Below are positions 36,767-50,716 of a stretch of 64,000 nucleotides of DNA, piece after piece. Each line of letters begins with the position of its first letter. Within the stretch, counting starts at the first letter, position 1. The position numbers and the translations under genes were made by a program. The notes beneath the pieces are model-generated. The model saw only the letters and a program-made list of their open reading frames with translations, had not been told where the DNA came from and ran no database searches. The DNA is from Octopus sinensis. Taxonomy: Eukaryota. The DNA is taken from assembly GCF_006345805.1 (NCBI RefSeq), contig NC_043012.1, positions 54,188,001 through 54,252,000 on the forward strand, written 5' to 3'.

Positions 36767-38048
36767 CGAGGGACGTTCAATAAGTAATGCTTCTGACCCA
36801 CTTGCAGTTGTGTGATCTAGCTGCATGTGCAATCATTTATATCTCTATAGAGTAAGTGGCAAATTACAGCTCTGAATTAATTGTGGTTTCTGATTTACAG
36901 GTGTTTGAACCGAGTCAAGTGTGAAATGGAGCCTGTTGAGTGTCGAGCAGTGATCCGGTTTTTGTATTGGAAAGGACGCACACCACGGGAGACTTTTGAT
37001 GAAATGAAAGTAACTTATGGTGATGATGCCCCATCATATGACTTGTAAAACGCTGGCATCGTGAATTCAAACATGGTCGGAACTCTGTGGAAACAGCTCC
37101 CAGATCTGGTCGCCCCCTTCTGCCATTGATGAGGCATCTGTCCGTCAAGTTGAGGCTGCCATTTTGGAAGATCGACGCATAATTATTCGCCAAATAGCCC
37201 ATGAGGTCAAGATTAGTACCGGGTCTGTGGAAACTATCATTCATGACCATTTGCATATGTAAAAGGTGTCTGCCAGATGGATTCCCAGGTTGCTCACGCC
37301 TTTCCAGAAGCAAGAACGCGTCGAGTGCTCGAGGGTGAATTTGGAGATGTGCCAAGAAGATGAGTCAAAATTTTTCAAAAGACTGATTACACAGGATGAA
37401 ACCTGGGTCCATCACGATGATCCAGAGACCAAAGCCCAGTCAATGCAGTGGAAGCATCGTGACTCACCCCCTCCAAAGAAGGAAAGGGTGCAGCCCTCCG
37501 CTGGCAAGGTCATGCTCACAGTCTTCTGGGACCAGGACGGAGTAGCGATGACAGATTTCCTGGCAAAGGGTACCACAATAGCAGGAGCCTATTATGCTTC
37601 ACTTTTGAGGAAATTAAGAGAAGTTATCAAAATCAAGAGGCGGGGCAAGATCAGCAAAGGCATCCTCCTCCTGCAGGACAACGCTCCGGTCCACAACTCG
37701 CTTGTCGCCAGATCAGAAGCACAGGCGTATGGCTATGAACTCCTCCCCATACCCCCTACTTTCCTGACCTTGCACCCTCTGATTTTCACCTCTTCCCAAT
37801 CATGAAGTTGTTTTTGAAAGGAAAGCGTTTCCCAGATGATGCAGCCTTGATTTCTGAAGTCACGTTGAGGTTGGAGGACCAAGCTGGGTTCTTCTACAAA
37901 AAAGGTCTCCAGAGCCGCATCAAACGATGGGAGAAATGCGTAACTCTGGGTGGTTCCTATGTAGAAAAAGACTAATAACTGTGCCAAGTTTCGTTGCTCT
38001 ACCGCTAAGGGAAGTGGGTCAGGGGCATTACTTATTGAACGTCCCTCG
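36767..38048 (+). mobile_element. Full-length DD34D mariner (irritans-like), ~1282 bp
   Basis: Perfect TIR CGAGGGACGTTCAATAAGTAATGC at both ends; TA TSDs at 36765-66 and 38049-50. Confidence 0.97.
36926..37975 (+). pseudogene. Mariner transposase pseudogene (about 2 frameshifts and 1 stop)
   Basis: MEPVECRAVIRFL...WIPRLLT...ITQDETWVHH...SAGKVMLTVFWD...LLQDNAPVH...PPYFPDLAPSDFHLF...RWEKCVTLGGSYVEKD*. Confidence 0.93.
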
Positions 38049-39569
38049 TAACTATGGTACAAAATCGTGGCCGTAATCTGACTGCCTAGGTAAGATATGC
38101 TGTGCTACATTATTATTATCATATCAGAAAAATGTGCTTGGGGCTTCACTTGAACGTACAGTCTCAGTGAACAAAGTATAGGAACTGACTCACTGAGTTG
38201 TCTTACGAATAATATCAATAACATGAACGTATCAATAATACATTATATCGTTGACTTCGTTCCATAGTTTATCAGTCTGTCAAATAATATAAATGTTATA
38301 TGTAGAATATATTATGCCTTCTATTTCGTTCCATAGTTAAAGTATCACATACGCCGATCGTAGCTGAATGAAATTATAGATATCTCAATTTACCTATTTT
38401 AAAAGTAGAAAATTGACTCTTCTTTCACAGTATAAATTGGAGTTTCTCATATAAAGAAAGTAAATAGCAGTTAGCGAAATGACTACTGCATTTATTTACT
38501 TTTCGTGTAATAATCATGGAATCGTGGTTACTTTTTTATTCTGTATAATTTGTATATAGCCTTGCTGCATAAGAATGATAATTGTGGCATATTTTTCTGG
38601 TCCAGTTGTAAACAATTTCGTAATATTCTTACAGACATCCTGTTTCATTAGCTCTGGTGTAGTCGGTGACATATATTCTCTCGTTCTGATGTAAACATTT
38701 TATGGAAATTTTATAGACATCTTATTTCTCTATAGACTCCGCAATAAAAAGCAAACTATCTCTATGGAAGACACGCTACTGCAATAAAAGATATTCATTT
38801 ATGTATCTGGAAATATGGTGAACGTCGTCGTTATCGTCGTAGTTATTGTGTTTATTGCTTAGTCCCAAGTCAGCCATATTGAAAGCATAACAAAGGACAA
38901 CCCCCATCACTTTTTTAAATGTAGTATATCTAAAACTAATTTACCCAACGTGGCTTTTTTATTAAATAAAAAAACAGGGTTGTCCTGCGTGAAAGATTTG
39001 ACTGTTATTTCTAGCAGGCATAGAAACTATGTAACGGCTCTCTTATTGGTAGCTTCCCGACGCATTAAGTCTGCATTCCAAGTTCAAATTTCGGTTTTGA
39101 CTGTTTCTCTCAAAATACTCAAACTCATTATGTAGGAATAAAAGCTACAACTTTCTGATTCGCTCCCTAAACCCCGAATTTAGTCCGTTATCGATACTCT
39201 CACCCTAAAGCATCGAGCAATAAGACAAGTATATTACTCGCTGTTCGGCGTTGTGAAGTGAGAGTGTATTAGACATATTGGTTTCAAATTTTGACACAAG
39301 ACCAGCAATCTCGGCGGGGTGGGTAAGTCGATGACATTGACCCCAGTACTCAGTTGGTTCTTATTTTATCCACCCCTAAAGGATGAAAGACAAACTCGAC
39401 TTTGGCGGATTTTGAACGCAGAAGGTGAAGTCGAACGAAATGCTGCTCAGCGTCCTAACGATTCTGCTAGCTCACCGTCTTCATAATATGCAATATATAT
39501 TGGTTTCAAATTTTAGCACAAGGCCAGCAATTTCAGGGGAAGGGATAATACGATTACATCAACCCCAGT

Positions 39570-40060
39570 GGAGGCGCAATAGCCCAGTGGTTAGAGCAGC
39601 GGACACACAGTCGTAAGAACGAGGTTTCGATTTCCAGACCGGGCATTGTGAGTATTTATTGAGCAAAAACACCTAAGCTCCACGATGCTCCGGTGGGGAA
39701 GGGTGGTGAACCCCGCTGTACTCTTTCACCACAACTTTCTCTCACTCTTTCTTCCTACTTCTGCCACAAAGCAGAGGAACCATGAGATAACCCACTATTG
39801 TGTGGTAAACTTTCAGACCCTAGTCTAGATTGCGGATCCTCTGTATACAAGGATGGTTCAGCTCTCCACCCGTTAAAAGCCACTGTTTACGGAATGAGGA
39901 TAACAACATAGCTTTCGCGCCCGTGCAACCGCCAGTCTATCGCGTGTGGTGGGCGGATCTTCAAGTTGCCACACGCATTCTTAGTAGCTTAGATTAGGCT
40001 CGAATTAGAGATTATTCTTTGTGGTTAATGGCGCGAGTCCTGATTGGAAGAAGAAGAAGA
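39570..40060 (+). mobile_element. SINE family B (tail variant 4) nested in a family C SINE, 13-bp TSD
   Basis: TSD CATCAACCCCAGT at 39557-69 and 40061-73; (GAA)n tail. Confidence 0.88.
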
Positions 40061-40504
40061 CATCAACCCCAGTACTCAACAAATACTCACCAAGTACTTA
40101 TTCTATCGACCCAAGAGATATGAATGATAAATCGACCTCGGCAGAACGGGAAGAAGGACAAAATGCTAATAGGTATTGTTGTCTGGCGTACTAACGATTC
40201 TGCCAACTCGAAGCCTTAATAGTATCCTAGATATATTAAATTATATTTAGTCTGCTGTTAGAGAAAATCTCGGATTAAAACTCACATGCCCCAGCATGGC
40301 CTCAGCCGGATGGCTGAAACAAGTAAAAGAGTAAAAGAGTATGCTGATTCTATGATATTAGAAGTTTTAACTCTCCCAAAAACGTTCCATTACAGCAAGA
40401 TTAGATAATTTTTAGAAATAGGATTTATCAATTATTTTCTGTTGCCTGGCCTCCATATATTTTGGTTGTTTTCATCCATTTGTCTGGGTAGAAACTATAG
40501 TAGT

Positions 40505-40885
40505 AAGATGAGAGCATGCGCTAAACACCGCATTGCTGCATCCACCATTTGTTGGTGATAACTTGTTACAGCTGGCGGATGACGCATTTATACCACTCAG
40601 GCGACAACTCTCCGACACTCAGGTCTGTTTTGGGTAATCGTTGCTGATGAGGGTTTTACGGGGACGGAGTGCAAATCATACTCAACCCATTTTAGTCACC
40701 TTATACGACATGCGATGGAAACGTTGAGCTTATTCTTTGGCATGCCGGTTCAAACACAGCACTAAAGCAACGTGAAATGAAGTGCTTTGCTCAAGAACAC
40801 AACACATCGCCCAGTCTGGGAATCGAACCCACGATTCTCAGTCAGATCGTAAGTGTAACACCCTAACCTCTAGGCCACTCCGTAC
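40505..40885 (-). mobile_element. CORE-like tRNA SINE (tail variant G)
   Basis: Minus strand head GGCCTAGAGGTTAGGG..GGGTTCGATTCCC and core GTTGTGTTCTTGAGCAAAGCACTTCATTTCACGTTGC. Confidence 0.7.
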
Positions 40886-41110
40886 CTTCACATTTCTACG
40901 TCTTATGTAAAAATGATTCATCCCGTCTCTTCTTGTCTCCATTTTGAGCTCAAGGGAAATGCGTATGAAATTTGGTTTGAAAGGAAAATTACTAAATGAA
41001 TCTTTAGGTGAAAAATAAAGATGCAAGAACAATATTATGTGACATAAAGAAACAGATTAGAGAATTTTAAAAATGAGAGGTTAGAGAAATGACACACATA
41101 TACACACACG

Positions 41111-41558
41111 CATGGTTCTTGGTCTCAAGCATTTGTCTTATGAAGAAAGGCTGAAGACGCTCGACCTTTATTCTCTAGAAAAACGACGACGCCGTGGTGA
41201 TCTCATTCTTGCTCACAACATCATAAGCGGAAAGTGTAACCTCTCGAAAGAGCTGTTCTTCACTCCTGCTCCAGAGCGTCGGCTGCGGGGTCACTCCGAA
41301 AAGCTCTATCTGCGACGATTTCATCTCAATCGAAGGAGAGAGGCTTTCTCCGTCCGGGTTGCGGATCCGTGGAATAAGCTGCCGGACGAGATGGTGAAGA
41401 TGCCGACGACCGCTCAGTTCAAAGTCTCTCTTGACCAGAAATGGCCTGAACTCTTTGCATAAACACCCTCCCTGTACATAACTCCATGTCCCCCTACATG
41501 GCTTTGCTTTTTGCTTTTTGAGCCAAAAAATTAACTTAACTAACTTAACTTAACTTAA
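41111..41558 (+). mobile_element. CR1-clade LINE 3' end, little decayed
   Basis: ORF VLGLKHLSYEERLKTLDLYSLEKRRRRGDLI...RGHSEKL...FSVRVADPWNKLP; 3' UTR ends in (TTAAC)n. Confidence 0.93.
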
Positions 41559-43199
41559 CACACACATACACACAGAGATACGCACACACATACACAAAGA
41601 GATACACACACACACATATATATATATAGACAGACACGCACACGCATATGAAAGAAAAAGTAAGGAAAGAATATGATGGCCACCTTTACAAGAAATACTG
41701 GAATGGGTTTCAATACTTTAGCTGTTCTATGAATAAGTTGTAGTCATAATACGCTCAGCTGGAAGCGAACCAGGCTAGATGAGATATAAAAGCAAACATT
41801 ATTAGGTAAAGACGGTTGTGAGGAGAATGGGGAAACGACAAAAGAACCATTTCAAAAACTAAATTTAGAATCAAATATAGCTACAAAACATCAAGTTAAG
41901 TCTTTGATAAGAAAAACTCCTACATGAGCAATACTCGCAAAAAAACTGCTAAAAACAGTGAATGAATAAGAAAAAAGATACTTGGCCCTGATTCTAATCG
42001 CTACGTAACACGATCAAAATTCAAACCTTCCTATCAAACACTAACAAAAACATGCAATAAAGCAGAGTAAGAATTGTAACTTTAGAACGGAAGCTATGAA
42101 TAAATAACCAGTTTAGCCAAAATTGATTGGCAAACATATGGCAAAAGAGGATATTTTACATGCTGGAAACTATGTCAGCATTCTGGTAAATTCTATACAG
42201 AAACAGGGAATTACAACTCATTACTATGAAGGGAATATTTATATTTCCAATAAAATATATAATATCGCCAATGTGGTATATTTTACAGAAACACTTCACG
42301 ACATTACAGCAGGTTATCCATCATAAGCCCCCTTCAAGAATACGTATTTTGTATATTGCATAAAATCGAGAATTGATAGAGGAAACGGCGTGTCTGTAAC
42401 TAGATGCAGAATAGTAGAAAGCACTTATACAACATGTCCAATGTGCCAAGCTTTGGAATCGAACTAGAAACTTCGTGGTCACAATGCGAACTTCTTCACC
42501 GCACACACATATCTACGTCCAAGGCTGTATTAGTGTCTATACAACCCATTGCCGCCCAGTTTCAGCTAATAACTTTTATTCATACTCGTACTAAACACAT
42601 TCTCGATGTCTGAGAAAATGAACTGGAAAGATTTCCTAGAACTAAGCCCCAAATAGCTTGTAATAAATCCTGACATCAATTTTTCGTGATAAAATGATAA
42701 TAGTATCTTAATTAACCGAACAGTATTGAATGACTAATAATGTTGTGCAAAGCAAAATGAAAATCCGAAGAATTACATTCGTCTTAAGTATTGCATTAAA
42801 GAATTATGGTGTTTAAGAAATGTATCCATCATTCCATTTTTAATCAATACATTGTAACACTATAGAACCACTTCTGTAGAGTGAACGAGAGAACGAACAT
42901 ATAAAGACAAAATAGCAAACAAGCAGAAGCACATTCTTGAGAATAACATATCTTCGATCTGCAGATATTATTAAATCATTCTCTCACATCATTTGTTAAA
43001 CTTAAAGTTTAATATGAAAAAATAAAGGGAAATCTATTTATTTCTCAAATCATGAATAATAATTTAAAATAGGGATTTCTGATTTATGCACAGGGCCTGG
43101 AAATTTGGTGAGGTTTAATAGATATCATTATTTGACTGGTATTGTATTTTATCTACTCCGAAAGGATGAAAGGCAAAATTGACCCCGCCGGAAACAGCT

Positions 43200-43335
43200 A
43201 ACCCCAGCGGTTTCACCTTTTGGCAGCCAACCTTCGCTTCCCGTATTTTAGCAGCTGTTATCGGCTTTTCATAGAATTCCAGATCTTCAGTCGAGAGTTG
43301 CGAAAGGTCATCGAGATGAGCAGCAAAGTACACCT
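43200..43335 (-). mobile_element. Possible L1/Tx1-clade ORF2 fragment
   Basis: LDDLSQLSTEDLEFYEKPITAAKIREA...KPLGL resembles the pre-RT LPxLS...LExPITxxEI...KSPGxDG segment. Confidence 0.45.
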
Positions 43336-43799
43336 AGGTCTTCCAACGAACAGTTGAATAAAAGCGATGCAGAAATGCTGTACATACCGGCTGAGAATCT
43401 AGTATCATGCACCGGCTCCCCAAGTGGTAACGTTGTGCCTCGGCGGATTTTGAACGCAGAACGTAAAGACGAACGAAATGCTGCTAAGCTCTGTGCCCGG
43501 CGTGCTAACCATTCTGCCACCTCGGTTGATGGTTTGGTTTCACTCGAGTCTATCGAGAAGCTTTCGATCTCTTGTATCTTAGAGTACGCATCCAAACTCT
43601 GACAACACTATATTTGCGCTTCACAATGAAAAATTGGTCGATGTCCAGTTACGCCGCAAGCACTATAGTCGCTATGGTCTCCAGAATGCCTTTGTCTACT
43701 CGATCAGCGATAACCACAACGACAACAGCAGCAACAATGACGAATTGTTCGGAGAAAAATAAGAGTAAAAGAAACGGAATCTAAAACAATTTCATAGGC

Positions 43800-43960
43800 G
43801 CTAACCTCTCTCTCTATTTCTCTCTCTATCTCTCAGTCTTTGCCTACTCTCTTCTCTCTCTCCCTCTCTCAATCTGTCTCAATCTCTCTATATGTATTTC
43901 TATCTCTCTCTCTCTCTCTCTACCCTCTCTCTACTCTCTCTCTCTCTCTCTCTACCCTCT

Positions 43961-44001
<41 letters not shown>

Positions 44002-44030
44002 ATATTTCTCTTCCCACCCTGTCTCTCTCT
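43800..44030. repeat. (CT)n microsatellite, degenerate
   Basis: Directly visible. Confidence 0.93.
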
Positions 44031-44503
44031 CTATGTCGTTCGCCTTAATGCTGGATTATCAGATTAACCCCAACGAAGCTGACGATACTGTGAATTGACG
44101 AATGGTTCGGTGAGAAGATATTTAGCTGCCTGTTTTTAGAATTATGAAGATTTTGACAAGACAAACAATTATATCTTCTTAGAACAGAACGGAAAATGGT
44201 TGATTCACTATTCTGAAGTGGCGCCATTCTATTTTTGGTAATTATTATAAATTATATGAAAGCTACTATTTCCAAGCTGCTAAAGAAGGCAGCCATTTCA
44301 ATGATGTTCTTTAGACGCGAAGCACATTCATAAAAAAATTCTTTTTACTGAAAATAGCTATCTCTCAGTGGCAGCAGTTAAGCAGTTATGATGTCACAAA
44401 CTAACGTTGGGCCAGAATTATTACAAACGAACATGGAATACATACCTACGTATATATATATCTATATATATATATATATATTATATATATATATATATTA
44501 TAT

Positions 44504-44547
<44 letters not shown>

Positions 44548-44550
<3 letters not shown>

Positions 44551-44744
44551 AGATGTACTCGCATAGCAAGTAATTTGATCTGAGATCGTGTGCTGAAACG
44601 AAAACAATTGCAGCGTGGAAGGTGTTTATAAGCTATTTAAGAACACACAAAAGCCGTTCGATTCACTCCAACATTTAAGTTTAATTTGTCAAAATATTTT
44701 CGTCGCTAAAATCCGCGACCTGTTCACTGACAAAGTCCGTGCTG
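44548..44744 (-). mobile_element. Short (TA)n-embedded element carrying a hammerhead motif at its minus-strand 5' end, probable PLE derivative
   Basis: ~200 bp of complex sequence bounded on both sides by (TA)n. Confidence 0.6.
44685..44734 (-). ncRNA. Candidate minimal hammerhead ribozyme with G3:C8 swapped core
   Basis: UUUGUCA-GUGAACA-G-GUCGC-GGAUUUUA-GCGAC-GAAA-AUAU-UU-UGACAAA; helix I 7/7, helix II 5/5, palindromic AAUAUU helix III. Confidence 0.75.
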
Positions 44745-44769
44745 TATATATATATGTATTATATATATG

Positions 44770-44822
<53 letters not shown>

Positions 44823-45414
44823 GTATATATATATGTATATAGATATGTATATATATATATGTATATATATATATGTATATATATATAATATATGTATATA
44901 TATATGTATATATTGTATATATATATGTATATATATATATGTATATAATATATATTGTATTATATATAGATATATATATGTAATCTATATATGTATATAT
45001 ATGTATATATATATATATGTATATATATGTATATATATATGTATATATATGTATATATATATGTATATATATGTATATATATATGTATATATAGTATATA
45101 TATGTATATATATATATGTATATATATATGTATATATATATGTATATATTATGTATATATATATGTATATATATATGTATATATATATTGTATATTATAT
45201 ATATGTATATATATGTATATATATATATGTATATATATGTATATGTATATATATGTATATTATATATATATGTATATATATATATGTATATATATATATA
45301 TGTGTATAGATAATATAATGTGTATATATATATGTGTATATATATATATGTGCATATATATATATGTATATATATATCTATATATGTATATAATATATAT
45401 AATATATATATATC

Positions 45415-45497
<83 letters not shown>

Positions 45498-45530
45498 ATA
45501 TATATATATATATTTGTGTGTGTGTGTACA
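44745..45530. repeat. ~790-bp degenerate (TA)n/(TATATG)n array
   Basis: Directly visible. Confidence 0.97.
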
Positions 45531-45847
45531 GTAGTCACTCTCCATTTCGCAGTTTATTATTTAAACTTCCGTCGATTCCTCAGAGTTGTTGTTTTGCATT
45601 TATAATTATAAAATATATACAAATTATAAAAATAATAAAAAACAAATACAGTACAGAACTGTTTCTACTTCGCGGATTTTCACCTATCGCGGGGGATTTT
45701 CGAGCTTAACACCCGCGATAGTCGTGTCATAAGGTGCTTTATAAACTTTCGAGGGAAGGTGAAATAATCCTTTGAGTTTTTTTTTTCTTTTGTTTTGTTT
45801 TGGGTTTTTTTCGGAATATCTCGAAGTACATAAAAATATAAATAGCA

Positions 45848-46104
45848 TACTCTTTTACTCTCTTACTTGTTTCAGTCTTTTGACTGTGGCCATGCCGGAG
45901 CACCGTCTTTAGTCGAGCAAATCGACCCCAGGACTTATTCTTTGTAAGCCGAGTACTTATTCTATCGGTCTCTTTTGTCGCTAAGTTACGGGGGCGTAAA
46001 CACACCAGCATCGGTTGCCAAGCGATGTTGGGGGGACAAACACAGACACACATATACACACACATACATACATAAACACACACACATACACACACCACAC
46101 ACAC

Positions 46105-46159
<55 letters not shown>

Positions 46160-46335
46160 ATACATATACATATATACGACAGGCTCCCTTCAGTTTCCTC
46201 CTACCAAATCCTCTCACAAGGCTATGGTCGGCCCGACGCTATAGTAGAAGACACTTGCCCAAGGTCCCACGCAATGGGACTGAACCCGGAACCATGAGGT
46301 TTGTAAGCAAGCTACTTACCACACACCCACTCCTG
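45848..46335 (-). mobile_element. SINE family A, full length
   Basis: All family A modules present. Confidence 0.9.
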
Positions 46336-46737
46336 TAAATATTAGGTTGAAAAATCGTTTTTCTACCCAAAGGTTTTAAGTCATAGACAACCGCAATACA
46401 GCAGAATATATTCCTAAACTGCAACGTTTAAATAAATTAAGAATGCAGTCTTACTTGGAAAGAATCAGCTCAAACAGATGAGTGTAACGTGTGTGTACGA
46501 GTATGTGTCTGTGGGTCTGTGTATGTGTGTGTGCCTGTATATGCGTTTGCATGAGTGTATGCATGTATGTATACGTGTATGTGTGTGTGTGTGCGTGTAG
46601 AGATACGCGTGCATTCTACTACTGAGGAACTGTGTCAGCGATTGGTTCGCAGTGGTGCAACGAAAAGTTGCTAAATACCATTTCTTGAGATATAAGAATG
46701 ATAAATGTAACAGAATGGGCGTAGAAGTGGCTATAGG

Positions 46738-47046
46738 CGTAGGAGTGACTGTGTGGTAAGTAGCTTGCTTACGAACCACATGGTTCCGGGTTCAGTCCCA
46801 CTACGTGGCACCTTGGGCAAGTTTCTTCTACTATAGCCTCGAGTCGACCAATGCCTTGTGAGTGGATTTGGTAGACGGAAACTGAAAGAAGACCGTCGTA
46901 TATATGTTTAAGGTTCGTCATTTCAAGAACCGAAACATGTTAAATAAATAATGTATATATAAAAATTAAAATTTGTCTAATATAGCAGCATTTTCAAACT
47001 TCATTTTTTACAAATATATACCCACTCGTATACGAGCTAATGTTAT

Positions 47047-47087
<41 letters not shown>

Positions 47088-47320
47088 GTGTGTGTGTATG
47101 TGTTTGTGCGTCTATGTTTGTCCCCCAACATTGCTTGACAACCGATGCTGATGTGTTTATGTCCCCGTAACTTAGCGGTTCGGCTAAGGAGACCGATAGA
47201 ATAGGTACCAGGCTTACAAAGAATAAGTCCTTGGGTCGATTTGCTCGACTAAAGGCGGTGCTCCAGCATGGCTGCAGTCAAATGACTGGAACAAGTAAAA
47301 GAGTAAAGAGTAAAGAGAGA
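46738..47320 (+). mobile_element. SINE family A split by an insertion in its internal microsatellite
   Basis: Head half 46738-46895, tail half 47090-47320. Confidence 0.8.
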
Positions 47321-47639
47321 GTATCATCGCCTTCCGTCCCTATTTCTTCTCCCCAATATTATAACATCTCGTTCAGCCAACTCGTAATTCTCCTGTCATA
47401 CCAAATCTCTCACACAACCACAATTCTTTCTCTCAGTCTTTGTGTGTTTTTTTTGTACCATCACACAACTTCTGCGTATTCTTCCCTCTCTTTCAGGAGC
47501 TTCCATCGTTCGTTCTTTATGCATCTGTCTCTACTGCTCATTATATCTCAATATAAACACCGCTGTCGTTCCTGTTAAACATTCGTACATAGAAGTTCAT
47601 ACATACGTTCATATGTGTGTGTGTGTGTGTGTGTACAAC

Positions 47640-47643
47640 AGAC

Positions 47644-47723
<80 letters not shown>

Positions 47724-47725
47724 CC
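47640..47725. repeat. (GATA)n microsatellite
   Basis: Directly visible. Confidence 0.97.
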
Positions 47726-48159
47726 ACTTCACCCCTACTTCTAATACAATTTTTCCTCCGTCTCACCCTCATTCACACTTACCGCGTTTCTTTTAGTTTC
47801 AAATTCTTTTATAAATGTTCACTAGCCGCCATCACTACCAGCACCACCAGCACCACCACCACAACAGGAACAACAACATTAGCAACAACCACCGCCACCA
47901 CCACCACCGCAACAACAACAACAATAACAACCACCACATACGATATTTTGCAACTTTTTGATTCGATTTATCTTCAAACTGGAGACTTTTAATGTATTGA
48001 AATTTGTCTTGTCGTAGAATGATGGATTTTCAAATGAAACGCTCCATTGTTAGAAATAATATTGACGGCATGCCTTTTTTAATTCCGAATTCTGATTTCT
48101 TTAAATAAATCATGATAATAAAAAGAAGAGACAATCTAAAAATACTCCAATTACACACG

Positions 48160-48411
48160 CATACATACATACATACATACATACATACATACATGCGTAC
48201 ATACATACATGCGTACATACATAAATGCATGCATACATACATACATGCAGGCATACATACATACATACATACATACATACATTATACATACATACATACA
48301 TACATACATACATACATACATACATACATGCATACATGCATACATACATACATACATACATACATACATACATACATGCGTACATACATACATGCATGCA
48401 TACATACATAC

Positions 48412-48442
<31 letters not shown>

Positions 48443-48480
48443 CATACATACATACATACATACATACATGCGTACATACA
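48160..48480. repeat. (CATA)n microsatellite
   Basis: Directly visible. Confidence 0.97.
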
Positions 48481-48576
48481 TGAAGCATTTTATCTTTGTT
48501 AGAAACCAGCTCCTTCCTCAGAGGAAGAATTTAAATAATTAGAAACAGAGGACACACACACACACACACACACACC

Positions 48577-48609
<33 letters not shown>

Positions 48610-48653
48610 ATATATATATGCACACACATGTGCATGTACATATGAGTGTATGT

Positions 48654-48692
<39 letters not shown>

Positions 48693-49898
48693 CTTTGAAT
48701 TTCTCGAAGCACACACACACATTCACACATACAGACGATATATGAAAAAAATGGAACGAAAAACGTCGTTTAAAAGAGATAGAGTGGAGACATTTGAATA
48801 TCGAAGAAAATTTCGATTAAATAGGATTAAAATAAAAGAATATTATCGGTCGTATAGAAAATAAATTAAAGAGTAGGCAGAGAGAAGAATTTTCCAGTTA
48901 CAGTAAAAAAGAAACAAATAAGAACTTGAGGAAGTGGAGGGGAAATAAAAGAAACATCTATATAAAAACGTATATTGAAAATAATTTTTAAAAAACATAA
49001 AAGATATAGCAGAAATATTAAATAAGACAGTCTGGAAGACATTGTATCACAGTATTACAGTATCGACAAAGCCATCAGGAAAAATATATGAAAAAGAAAG
49101 AGTGGTGGGGAAAATGAAGTGAAACGAAATGGAAGGAAAGTGAAACGAAATTAAATTAATAGAAAATTGACCTACTCTTCTCTTTGTTTTGTCCTTCAGA
49201 TCAAGATATATTCGCCATCGTGTTCCTTCAGCTATCCTTAATTTCCTAGAGAAGAGCGGTGGCTGTCCTTCCGGCCAAAGGTTAAACCCCCTTGGCCAAA
49301 ATGATCCGAACGTTCGAAACATCAAAATGGTAGTATATATAGCTTCTTTCATCCACAGAAAATGGTGAACCCACTTCATGTAGAGATTCGGTCAGGGAAA
49401 TTAAGACACCTTTTTTTAGTGTCGTCTGAGATCTGCCCTAATAGACATCATACGAATCATTCGCCTTCGTACCATTTCTTTAGTAGACTCCTTTCCATCA
49501 GCAGGATTACTGTCACAATAAAGTTCTTGATCTTACTAGATGATTCCCAAAGGACTTTCGTCTAAGAATCAAGAGTGATGTATGTGCATGGTTTTCATTT
49601 AGCGTTGAGAACCCATGCACACAGTTTCCCCGCTAGCTTCACAGCCAGATAACTTCTTCTAACGGCAAAGAGTCTAAGATGCTTGCTGGGAGGAAATTGT
49701 TACAGCCAACATCTAGCACCACTTCTGTGGAAGACATGCGACCTACTTCCACCTGTTCTGTTGAACTATGGAATTCACCGTACCTCTAACATGAGAATCG
49801 ATCCAAGATGCTACGCAGTACAATCGAGCCCAAGAACATGTGGTTATGAATCAAACAGCATGCGCCTACAATTATGTATATAGATAGATAGATATATT

Positions 49899-49982
<84 letters not shown>

Positions 49983-50673
49983 TCTGCATGTATATACATA
50001 TATATATACACACAGATATCATACATATATATACATACATACATACATACATACATACATACATACATACATACATACACACATACACAACCTTTGTATC
50101 TATCACGACATCATTTACCTTCTGTTTTCATTTACTATAATCAAAGATAAAACAATGTATAATTAATTTTAATTTCCATCACCACCACACTCCAAAAAGA
50201 ATAGAAGTCAACTATTCGCAGTGAATGAAAACAATAGAAGGAACATATTTCCACCTTAATAATGAACACGAAGAAAAGTACTTCATTAATGACAGAAAAA
50301 TTTAAGTCAATATCTGAATCAGGTATTGAAGTTCATCACCATTTCTGACTGAAAACAGCTTTGATTGTAACTCTAAAACGGTACTTGGCTACGTGTAGGC
50401 ATAATTCTGTAGCACAGTAGATGTTACCTTTATTCATTGGAAGGAAAGATTTAGTAATTTAATGGCCGACCCTGGTGGTACTAAATGCTTCCTAAATGGC
50501 ATTACATGCATGAAACCAAGAGGTTGAAAATATTTGTGAAAGTTTCATTTTCAATTTGATTTCCTGTATACATCTATAGCTTAAGCATAACTTTGAAAAA
50601 CGGGTAACATCCAACATTGAATACATAAATATGTGTAAGCGTAGGTGTCTGTGTATGCATGTATCCAATATGT

Positions 50674-50715
<42 letters not shown>

Positions 50716-50716
<1 letters not shown>

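Noticed and set aside
40635-40670. CTGATGAG hammerhead core
   Set aside because: No helix II followed by GAAA.
41940-42460. Possible second PLE endonuclease remnant
   Set aside because: Only vague spacing similarity; key residues are not recoverable by eye.
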